From Lingula anatina (taxonomy: Eukaryota > Animalia > Brachiopoda), in contig CM120641.1 in the NCBI GenBank assembly GCA_051362555.1, positions 6,944,001-7,008,000 of the forward strand: a stretch of DNA of 64,000 nucleotides, given 5' to 3'. The translations under genes were made by a program, and so were the position numbers. The notes beneath the pieces are model-generated. The model made no database searches and was not told the DNA's origin. It saw only the letters and a list, made by a program, of their open reading frames with translations. Below are positions 1 to 35,700 of this stretch, piece after piece. The number at the start of each line of letters is the position of its first letter. Position 1 is the stretch's first letter.

Positions 1-255
1 TGAAACAAGATAGTGATATGTAAAATCTAAAACTGAATGGTATTAACAGCAATATTTTAATACATTTATTATATGTAAAATATCATTGAAATATTCAATA
101 GACTTTAGTTGCAGTTCTAAACAAATAAGATCTAGCAACAATGTAATAAATTTAAAGAACTGAAATATATTCATAAACATTTCTTAAATATTTATCCTAT
201 TGTTTTAGGTATAAAATAAGTCAAAGTGAAAAAGTTAATAAAATATCTAATTTAC

Positions 256-23953
<23,698 letters not shown>

Positions 23954-24354
23954 TTTGTGAGCATTTCTTTTCACGTTTCGATGTTAGGGTATTAAAAATT
24001 CTATTGAATAAATTGTCTTTTAAAATACGATTCTGCCTTTGCTGTTGTGCACCACAAGAAAGGCGCCATTGTGGTTCATGACGTCACGAATAGCAATTTT
24101 CCCACAATCCGTAACATTAAATCACGCTTAATACTTCGATTTCTTGTGCTTGTGTACAGTTAAATATTTACAAAAATGAAATTATGTGCCGGATATTGCA
24201 TATTACTTCAGTCAATTCTATGAAAATAGCATTCAAACTATATTTTTTTCACTTCGCTTTTACTAGGGCTCTCCAGTTTTTGAAGTTTATAAAAATTAGG
24301 GTACAGAGGGCACTTGTTCCAAGACAGCCCAGACTCAAAGACGATTCGTTTGCG
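23954..24354. promoter_or_regulatory. Bidirectional promoter region for USP34 and MAD2L1BP, with a CRE (TGACGTCA, 24079-24086)
   Basis: Divergent ATGs lie about 400 bp apart. CpG is locally elevated. There is a perfect CRE palindrome and an adjacent YY1-like GCGCCAT. Confidence 0.7.
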
Positions 24355-25661
24355 ATGGCGGGGTTGTGTCCGCGAAAAAAGAGTGCTAACAAGAAGCACG
24401 ATCCTATCAGCTGCGATATCGAGTTTGATGGAGTATTTGCACCGGTTGTTTGTGCGAAACTGGTGGCTGAACTGATTAAACACGTTTTGTATCAACGACA
24501 ACAGTTTCCGATGTCCTACGAGCAAGTTAAACAGCATTTTCACAGGCAGCAGGAGAAGGAGGTCAGTATTCGAATTACAGATGCATTCTTCACATACCTA
24601 CACAGTGAGCTCAGGGAAATCAAGACTGGGGGTCATGCGAAATCACGCGTGGAAGGCATTTTATAAATTGAAGCCAAAATATTCCTGTTAATGAGAATAA
24701 TTTAATAGGGGAAAGAATGGTTTATGACTTAACCTTACTCCTAGCACATTAGTTAATTTTTAAATCAAAATCACTTTAAGGCAAATATGATTTTAATGTA
24801 ACACTGCATTTTAACATAGAACATGAAATATAATTAAATACCATTTTTGTCGTTGTCAGTATAACACTAACGATTTTCACATGAATGACCAATGAATTCT
24901 GTTTTGGTTTATTGTAGGGTCCATCAAAACAGAGAGGCCTGGGAGCTGTTCACCACAACAAAGTCAGACAAGGCATAGAAACAGCAGAGGAGATGTTCAA
25001 TAATTTGGAAAAAATATTTTCTCAAATGTCTCACATACCCCAGGTTGTTTTAGTTCTAGGTGCCACACCTGTTAGTCCTAAAGAGACATACACTTTCAAC
25101 CTTCCCTCTGAGAACAGCACAGGAGATACCCTAAGTCTCAAAACTGGTGTCAGGACCATGTTTCGCAGGCTGGTGCAAAAGGATTTTATGTCAGACTTAA
25201 AACTGATGTCACCCACCAGTGCCTTTGTGCTGATTAAGGCTCCTAGAAAGTTGGATGGAACTGTGGAGTGGTTTCAGCCAAAATTGAACTTCAAACTTTC
25301 CACCAGAGGGCGACAGGTTGTGATGAACTTGGTCAGTGCCTCCTGTGCAATAGAAGAGGAGCTTAGTCGAGGAAGTGAAACAAGTTTTGATTTGTCAGGC
25401 ATTGCCCCACTTGATTCATCTTCCACAGAGCAGCTGAATACCTCAGCATATGAGAACTTCTCACCAGGGCAGAATGATAGCGGCTTTGGAGGTGAAAACC
25501 GCTTTAGCAAATCCAGCGAGTCTGACATGACACCTATGTTGACAGACAGAATGGAGGGAGGAGGGGATGATGACTTTATCTGGTATCAGGCTCCTCTGGC
25601 TATTAAAGGATTCAAAGATAAGAGCAGCAAGATTGCCAAGACTTCTGAAATGTTAATTTAA
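24355..25661 (+). CDS. MAD2L1BP: MAD2L1-binding protein (p31comet), HORMA-fold spindle-checkpoint silencer; 2 exons (24355-24561, 24918-25661), about 316 aa
   Basis: Family motifs LIKHVLYQRQQFPMSYEQ, LVLGATPVSPKETY, WFQPKLNF and DDFIWYQAP..IKGF. A phase-0 GT-AG intron at 24562-24917 joins the two ORFs in frame. AATAAA lies at about 25750. Confidence 0.9.
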
Positions 25662-25767
25662 TATCCTGATGATCATAACTGGTTGTTGCAACTTTTTCCC
25701 CCACATACTTATTTGAGGGGCATTCAGCTTCAGGTTCTGCTTTAAGCACAATAAAGGGCAAAAGACT

Positions 25768-25802
<35 letters not shown>

Positions 25803-26800
25803 TGGATTTTGAAATTATGTCTAGTCACCATGCATTGTTTTTAAAATTGTTTTTTATTTCATCTTGTATGGATCATATTTATATAGTGAGATGGTTGCCA
25901 GGTGGGACTTCAAACAGTTTGGAGTGGCATAAGTGCAAAAGCAAACTCATTGCCTTTTTTATCCTGTTTTAAAAGAGGCCATGTCAATATGCAGTGTGGC
26001 CAAAGAGAGCACAATATATTTGTTATTGTTTATGAAGAAGCCAGTTATCTACTTATCAATAACATTTTTAATTAATCTCGGTTCACTTCAGGACAAAATT
26101 TTATCTATATGTGTAGCTGGACAATTTTAATTAGAGTAAATCAGAAATTTGAAGTAAACCAATGGTAACTTGCTCAAAAACTGTTACTGGTAGTCATAGA
26201 TTTTCTGTGACCATATTGGGGTACTCTTTGCACTTGCTAGAGTGGCATGACATGCTGTTTACCTTGGCTTGATAACTATTGCATTTCATTTATTTACATA
26301 TGTACATCTAAAACCATGTCAGCATTTTACAGGTTTTCTTTCTTATTGTGCCAGGGGTTTAAACATGTGACTTAAAATTGTGATTCAGTCTAATACTTAT
26401 GCCTCTTTATTTAATGAGATAAGGGATCATTTTCATTTTGTATGACATAGAAAAAGGGTATAAACCCTCTTCATATATGTAGGAAAAGTACAAAGTTTTA
26501 GATGAAACATAAGTATGATCCACAAATTAGGCACTTTAGCCAAGCCAGACACTTTCTGCATAAACAATTGTTTGAATAATTTTTCAAATATCACTTTTTC
26601 TTTTCATTTGTTTTGATTTTGGGTGTAACATTTAGCAGATGTTTGGTTTTGTGTGCACCAAACCAAATCAGGCTTTGACTAGACAGTTGGGTGTCATGCA
26701 GAACATACCTAGATTGTGAAGTTGATTTTTAACCAGTTTTATGGCTTTTTTTCTTGCAAGAGTGGTATCTAAGGTGTTGCACAACTGTAGATGTACTTAA

Positions 26801-27129
26801 AGGGATAATAACTCTACGTATGAGATCTATACTTCACAACAAAAACATTGTGAACAACTCATAAAAATTTAATATATTGTTTTTCCACAAAAATGAGTTA
26901 TAGCTAATATTCTGATATCCGAGCCTGTCTTTAGACCACATGACATCCATTGATGGCTATACTCTGTTATAATCTCTTAAGAGATTATAACAAAAAAAAC
27001 AAACTTTTTAGAAAAAAAAGGACTACTTTTGAATGTAAAAATGGATTCAGTAACCATTGGTAAGTATGGAAAAATTGTTGTTTACTCCAGGAAAATTAAT
27101 TTTTTGGCCAGAACAAAGTTATTATCCGT
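26801..27129 (-). mobile_element. Second copy of the Kolobok-like MITE, inverted, downstream of MAD2L1BP
   Basis: TTAA|AGGGATAATAACTCTACGT ... AAGTTATTATCCGT|TTAA. The interior is the reverse complement of 45181-45513. A more diverged partial relative lies at about 42460-42620. Confidence 0.8.
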
Positions 27130-29775
27130 TTAAGCAATAATAATAACTTGTTAAAATCCCAGTGCAAATGTCCTAAAATCTTTGCTTTTGATGAACATAT
27201 ATATTATGTAAATTTGTACTTCTTATTGCAATGTCTAGGACACATTGCTGCGTAATAATTTACATTCCTTGTGACCCTATGTGAAAGGTGTTCACTAAGT
27301 GGGTTCAAGAACAATGAACATCATTAGACCTTTGAAAAATATAAAAAGTGCACTAGGAAAATTGGGCATTGTGTAAATTTTAATATTGACAAGGTTGACT
27401 ATCACAAATACGTATTATCATTTCTTAACATGACATCATTTAATGAGGGAGCAATTGATTTAATTAGTTCATGCCTTCCTATAGTTGTGCTGCAAATAGC
27501 ATCATGTAACAAACTTTTTTCACTGCTAACATTCGGTAAAATTGCTCATATGGTTGGTGCTAGGCCATTTTGTTGGAGCTATTTATGCTATTTAAACTGA
27601 ATAAAATATGAAAGAGTAATATAGTAATTGTTTTCACACAGGTCCGAGGTTCACATCCAACAAAACTAACTAATTAGAAGAATTTTATTTCTTTGTCTGG
27701 ATATACAGGTTTTGTGAAGACTCATAATGAAGCCAATTTAAAATTTGATAACAAAAGCATTTTCACTTATTTTAAAGACAAAATTATGCTTTTAGCAATC
27801 ACAAGAATCAAATCTTTTTTGGTTATACAACTCTTGATTTTTATCAATTCCTGATAAACTATGTTCTAAATGTACCGTACAATATAAAAGATTTTAGGTG
27901 GTAAGACTGTTTTTCAATCACACATTATAAAAGACTAGAGAAATGTATGACTACAAATGGACAACCCTACCTAAAATGACAAAACCTGAAACCATGCAAT
28001 CAGTATTTGAAAATAAAAGATGATGCATAAGGAGAAACTAGGCAACTGCTTCCTATTCGGCCTCTTGAATTTACTCATGTTGGCATATTTCTTATTTTAG
28101 GCCAATAAATCACATATCAGACTACAAACTTAGTGTATATAAGGATCTTCACTCAGTTAAAGAAATGCACTTGCTTCGAAAGTAGAGATTGTAAATATAT
28201 TCCTCTGTGACATGGCCATGACATTCAACATCCAAGGCTCCTTTATGCTGATCTAAGTTGGCATAGTATGAAAACTGTTGAATTGGCATCTTTGTAATAA
28301 TTCTAAGCATGTCTAGTTCTATTTCTTTACTATTTTATGCTTATTTCTTACAAACACAGGACAGTAAAACTTGCCAACTATTAGTACCATTGAACAGTCA
28401 TTCTATTACTTGGGGGAGGGGGGGATTCAGTTAGCACTGCATTTAAATATAATACTATTAATAACATTGAAAGTAATGCATTTGGCTTAAAATAATCACT
28501 GTCACATTCTCTTAATCATTTTATCCTCTATCATTGTAAGTACAGAAAAATAAACATAACTGTTACACTACTTGCTTTTTCTGTCTCATTTCTTACAGTA
28601 AATCATTCAGAATTATTTCAAATAAATATTGAACCATTTGACATTAGTAAAATGCCAATTCTTTCCATCAGACAATAAGTGCAATTTTGGTTTAATAAAA
28701 TATTACAATTAATATTATTTAAAAAGATGCACATAATTATAATAAATCAGATTAAAATTGAACTAATAAACAAAGAGGTAAATACATTGATACAGGTGGC
28801 ATGTCTGGTGGCAAACAACTTAATAAGCAATAGTACATGACCTTGTATATCTTCCTCTGAAAAAACTGCATGTTACAGCTATGAAAAGTGAAATATCACC
28901 AGAATTTTCAAACACAATCAGAGAAAGTTGAAAAAATATGAAAGTTACATCATTGTTTATGAAAAAAAATTATTTTTTCACCAATAAATAAGAGAGGAAA
29001 TTGATTGCAATCCGTGTTGCTAAATAATTTTCTTTTATTTTGAATCAAAATAAAATAAGCAGAGTTCTGATACATGTTGGAGTATAACATGTCTATATGC
29101 CTTAAAATCTACGCAATTTACCTATCACTTCATATTAAAAAGTTCTACAGCATCTTGAGGGAGATCCTCGAAATGCACACAAATAACCAATATGCTTTCA
29201 TCCAACTATCATTTCATGTTGTGCTATTGCTAGGTACTTAACAGTTTCTTGAAAACTAAAGAGAGTACAATTTCACATTTCTTAAAATTAATTACCAAAC
29301 TGTAATTGGTCAGACCATTCTTTCCACCTTCTGGCTTCTACAAAGCCACCATTTGTTTTTACCAAGTTTCCCTTCATTCTCACAGAGGCCCTCCCCTCAT
29401 CTATATATGCACCCTTGGCTAGCACATACAAGTTGTTCATGTTGGACCAGGTTGAAATATTGTTTTTCCTGAAGGGAGGTTCTATTGACATCAGCACCTA
29501 TCGTAATTCATATAACATGAATTCTAAACTCATTCCAAGTGTCACATGTTCAGTGGGTCACAAGCACACACACGCACGCACGCACTTTCTTGCAAAAACT
29601 GCAAACAAGTCTCCTTTGTCTTTTTCCACATCCTTGTACTTCACTCCAAACTGGTAACAGTACAATTTTTTCCACTGGTACTTTCAAAACCTTGCTGTTT
29701 TATACCACGGCTGAAAATGTTGCCTGCTATCCATAGATTTATAACCAAGTCACAAACACAGCTTCTTCTTGGCTA

Positions 29776-32700
29776 CTATACTGGTGTGCTGCGACCAGAT
29801 TGGCAGCCATTGGCCTCTAAAAAGAATTAATGTAAACATACTGAAGTGTGTGCTGCCTCAATACTAATATCATGATATACATATTCTGCCATAGCACTGG
29901 ACAGTTCCAAGAATAGAAATCCACCTAGGGTGTGATCAGTATGTGACCTAATATCAAGTTATCTTGCTTACATTATTTCTAGAATGCATTACTATGGTAA
30001 TACAACTTTGATTACACGCATCTTTTATACAACCTTCCAGTTTATGTCAACCCACCTTGCTTACAATATTTTTGTGGCCCCCATATCCTTACAGTTCCAT
30101 CATCAGATGCACTGGCCAGCATGCTGGGTAACTTGGGATTCCAATGTACACAGTTCACTGTGCGAGTATGACCTTCTAATACACAGATGGGCACCTCACG
30201 TTTGGTGTGCCAGATATATACCTTGTGATCTAAAAGAAAATAAAGTAACTTTTAAGATTTTTTTTTCACAATATGATTCCTAATCAACTTGTAAATGCTT
30301 GGTTTGACAGATATATCCTTGTGATCTGAAAGCCAGTACAGTGAACAGTAAACTATGTGCTTAAAATAAATGAGTTTCCTATTCAAACTGTTAATTGCCT
30401 GCTATATTTTGTTAAGTCACTTCAAAAAGGTCCACCCCAAAAATACCACAAAGCCAAATGAACTTCCCACTTTGTCACAAATGTCCACCTTGAAGTAACT
30501 TCCAATTCAGTAAACATTTGGTCACCGGTTTTAACCACAACATGTGGAAATCTTAAATTCATAAAATCTTAAGCAAAGCAAAGACAAAATGTCTGTCAAA
30601 AGCTACATTTTTTACTTTTAGAATCTCCCTTATTAAATTGCTTGCTCTGTGCCCCAACTTTCAAGTTGCATACCTTCACTTCCACTGGCAATAAAATCTT
30701 GATTCAGTCCTCCAAAACAGGAGTGGATGGAGTAGAAACCTTGCGTTATGCCTTGGAACTTGCGAAGTAAACATTTGTCCTTCAGATCCCATAAATGCAC
30801 TCCCTGCAGCATTCAAATCACATTCAAATGCATTGTTTTAAACATACCATATGCAACAGATGTGCAAGAATGTTGATCCAAAATCTAAGCTGCTACTGGC
30901 TTAAGAACATGTAATAGTCTGTTTCAGATAAAACAAGATTACAATACTGTTGCATAGACATAAAAGACCAAATTATTTACACTGGTCACTGAAATTTCAT
31001 TGATGCTTTACTATACTGAAGTTTCATCTAATAGGGTTAGAAACTATATTACTCTTGTCTGCATCAAACATTTCAAGATCATTTAATCCGGATGTCACTG
31101 CAATAAATGTGTCTTCATACCTTAAAACTTTCTTCAAGATGCAGGATAAGATATTAACAAAAAAAACAGATATAACAGTACCTGAGTTGCAACATTAAGA
31201 AGTGTCCTCCGTCCATCATCTGCTATTGTGAAAGACATGATAGGATGGTCTTCTTGGATTCTTTAACAAAACAAACAGCATGAATAAATGAAAATGAAAC
31301 TAACTGTTGGTTAATGATGAAGTTGAACACTCTGTAACAATATTTTCTCAAAGAATTTGATTAGACGTCCCTACAAAAACTATAGGTCTCTTATCTAATA
31401 TCAAAAACAGGACAGCAAAGCTAAATTTGTTACTTACACTTGGAAGTCTGTTAATTCATCAAAGTTATATCCTCTAATTCTGTGGTGTGTATCTGAAGCT
31501 AGGACTACTTTGTGATCTTTCTGACACTGTAAGCCCTGCACCCTGACCCCCTCCCAGGAGTCCAGCACATTGCCATCTAAATCCTGGAAAAGAAATGAAG
31601 GAACAGATTGGAGTATATGTATGTGAGACTGTTTCATGTATGCTAGGTTTGGTAATGTAAAAGGTGGGCCCTTTTTTAAAAACCAAAGCCTCAAATGTAA
31701 CACAATATCAGCAAAATGTTAGTCATTTCAATTTTTTTTTAAGTGCAAGATTTAGTTTTAGAGCAGTCTTGTATTGGTAAAGCTGCCACCTACACATTGA
31801 TAAAACTGGCCTCTTGTCCCTCCAGTGATAAACCTCTTCCCATCAGCATGAAATGATGCACAAGTCAAACTGTCTTCTGGGGACTGACTCATCTTCACCC
31901 GCAAATCTCCTGTCTGAAAATAAACAAACAGTAAAAGGTCAATTGCCCATCAACTCAATATATTGAGTAATAAATGAAACTATGCACAGATATTACATAC
32001 TATGCAATGCTTAGCGAACAATATGTAGAATAAATATTGACACACAATTTTTGATACTGAATGTTCAAATATGTAATATATTCTTGTAAAAAAAATCAAA
32101 TACTTTAAAGATGGCCAAATGGATTTTACCAATAATTCAAGGAAAATCAAAGAAAAGAAAAATGCTTAAAAGACAAAAACAAGTGTCTTTGGAAATTTAG
32201 AATAAAATGGTTAGCAATAATAACACTGATATACCATAAAGGACACTAAATCTATCTGTTAACTTTATGCAACACCACACTGCACCATGCTATATGTACC
32301 TCTACATTCCAGAGCCAGAGTTCAGAGCAGTCCTCAGGCCCACAAGCCACTATATACATGCTGTCTGGGCTCCAGGCTATACAGGCAACACCATATGCAT
32401 GTCCATCAAATGTCCGCCTATGCCTTAATTCGTGTGTTTCCTGGAACACAGGTGTAAATAGCACCTCATTACTTGCCAAAGTTTCATAAAAAGGGAAATA
32501 TTAAATATTTAATTCAATACATCTCCAACTGGCATAATATTTTAGACCAGTTCTTCAAGTTGGTTGTCAGTACATGAAAAAGACACTATGTTCTACTCTA
32601 CTGTTATATTTTTCTGGCACTTACAATCCAGCATATCAGATTTAAACATATACTTTGCTGGGCTCTAACTTGCATACTAAACATTGCACAATACTAAGCA

Positions 32701-35700
32701 CGTTATCATTACATTTATGTTTGTCTAAAGAAAACGTGGAAAATATTAAACTATTTTCTATTAAATAGAATTTGATTTTGGTCAAATGTAGATGATTTTT
32801 TATTTGTCACCAATTTTGAATGGATTGGAGAAAATAATATCCCAGAGTACCCCCTATTACAAATGCTAGATTTCTTCTGTTATCCTTCAACTTACTTTAT
32901 TTATGTCCCATATAATGAGTGTTCCATCTTTGGAGCCTGTGGCCAGTTTTGTTCCACAAGGGGAGAACTTACAGTACCACACCTCGTCACAATGGTCATT
33001 TAGTATTTGCAATGTGGCGCAAGGGAAGTCTTCCCTGGATAGAAGGATTGGGATTTAACATACATGGCATATATCACAAAACTTTTCAATTTCACAGCAG
33101 CAACACAAAGACTAGCGCACACTCAAAGAGTGCAAACTCTGCCAAGGAAATAGGCAAATGCATCTTTTAAAAAAAAAAATTTAAGGAGACCTAGTGCAAT
33201 GTGAAGTTTAACTCATAGACCGCTATTGCATACTTGTCATTAACACTGGGCACATACTTGCTACATATATGATCCATGAGTAGGGAGACTGCTTCCAGAT
33301 CATTGTCATACTTAGTGTTGTGATATGGACAGTTCTCTTTCTGGAGTTCTATGGCTTGGTTGAGCAAAGTTTGAAGACGACGTGGTGGCAGCATTACAGT
33401 TGGGGGCAGGAATGCTGGAAATAATAAAAAGGAAAATATTTCACTTATTTCAAGCAAAAACTGTTATATCCTATTTTACAAACCAATGCTTTACCAGTAA
33501 AGCCTGCAAAAATATAATTTCTAAAATTTCTAAATAACGGGTTTTTTGGGAGTAAATAAAATGACAAATTTTGCCAAAATTAAATGGGAATGTGTTTGAA
33601 ATTAATGAATTACTGCAAATAAGAGGAAATTTTTCCATTTTTGTGCATTTTTGTTGAATAGTCTCAAGATTTGCAGCATTATTCTAGGGACGAAAACAGA
33701 TGACAAATCATTGTCAATCAGACTAAATTTATCAAATTTAAGGAATGTCAGGTTTATTCTAAGGCAGATCAAGGCAGTCTGTCCCTTCCCACCTCGCATC
33801 TTTCTACTTACACTGTAACCTTTCCATGAGCTTCTGTCTTGCTTCTGGTGACTTCCCCTCCCAATCTGCCATCTCTCTCAGATCTTCAGGGTTGTTACAC
33901 ATCATAAACCTAAAGAGCAATAAACATAAATACATGTTACCTCTCTCAAATTTTAGTCACGTATATTTACACATCTTAAACCTAAACATCTATTCATATT
34001 TAAATTCTTAGATCTTCAGGTTTCTTACTAATCATAAACCTTTCAGAATTGTTACACAGACACCTAAAAATGTATTCACATTTAAATTCTCTCCAGATCA
34101 TCAAGATTGTGACAGCTCACCAGTTTGGCAATACAAAACTTTTTATACGAGTATAGTTTAGCACTGCTGTAGTTTTGATGGTGATATAACAGTAGGTTAT
34201 AAAGATAACAAATAACAAACACAAAGATATAAGTAAACTATCAGCTCAGCCCGTACTTACGAGCTCAATTCATGCACTCGTTCTGTGTTAAATTTAAGTG
34301 GTGTGAGTTCATTCCTCAGCACATGTAAGGCATCTAGTACACTTCCATCTTCTAAGTATTCAAGGTATTTCTGCTCCAAGATTAAAAACTTCATTTTCTG
34401 AAAAAGATGTTTAAGCATTAGGTAAATGCCTTCTGTGCAATATTTATTAAAAAATCAATTGTAAAGAAAAGTCTTTTTTTTTTCAGTAAAAATTTGTTCT
34501 TGTCTTAAGAAGTTAGTGGTGACCAAAACATGCTTATAATAAAGCAAATAAATAAGGATTTGTAATTTCAAAATTCTTCAACTTACTCTCTACTGCTACC
34601 TGCCCATAAAATCAGCAAATTTCTTGTTGTACTTACTAGTGACCCTTGTTGGCTGTCCACTAACCCTTTGAGTTCATTGAGGTCCAACTCAGCCTGAGAA
34701 ATAGAATCAGGAGGTCAAGCAAAGAAACAACAAATCAGTAATAGAGACATAAATAAGGAAGTACAGAGAGACAGAGGATGAACATTGATAGTCTTAGGAG
34801 TTTGTTCTCCTTATTCCTTTTTAAAAATATAAATAAATAGTTTGTGAAACCCCGTATGTCTCTTAGCATCATTCACCAGACAAGATTCCATAAATAAGCC
34901 TTCACAAATCAAACAATTCTTTTTATAGCCAATCTGGTAGGACTATCGTATTTCTTCTGCTTTATCAGGTTAATTTCACACTTGAGTAACCCTCCTCTCT
35001 CAAATATCTAAAGTGTACTAGTATTTTAATTTCAATACAGTGGCCACTAAGTTGTGGTAGTAAATGTCTTCAGAGGTTTTTAGTAGCTTTTAAGTATAAA
35101 TATATGGGACCACAAAAAATAAAGTAAGTCATTTTTTCAAAGTGGCATTTTATTGTCTTATATAAATGTTATGAAATGCCACTCAGAAAGACATACATAA
35201 AAATTTTCAAACAGACAAACCTATGATTTATTTTAAAAGCCAAATTCATAAATCACAATATTTTCTTTCATAAAAAATATACATATGCCCTCACCTTATC
35301 CCATTCTCCATTCATTACATGTGAACGGAACTTGGAAGCAGCATGATGCTCCAGAGAGCAACCCGACTCTTGAATTAACTGATCAACAGTGCGACTGAAA
35401 AAGAGAGAGAGAGAGAGATTATAAACAGTAGTTAATTCTTATACAGAAATAGCATGATGGCATAGTTGCACACATCCACCAAGCAAGAACATATATATGC
35501 CTGCCAATATATTGAAGTGTGATTACTATATACATCAGCATTATATAATTTGAAATGTAGCTCCAAGAAAGCAAATAGAAGCTGAAAAACTCAGAACCCA
35601 ACAGAGCAAGAACAAAACAACTTTATGCTCAAGTCAAGATAGAAAAAAATTCTATTTTCTCTTACTACCAGGGCATTTAAGTTAAGCCTTCACTTTTATC

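Noticed and set aside
27590-27700. Possible overlap of the convergent MAD2L1BP and WDR26 3' UTRs (opposed AATAAA signals)
   Set aside because: AATAAA is frequent in this AT-rich DNA, and transcript ends cannot be fixed without expression data.
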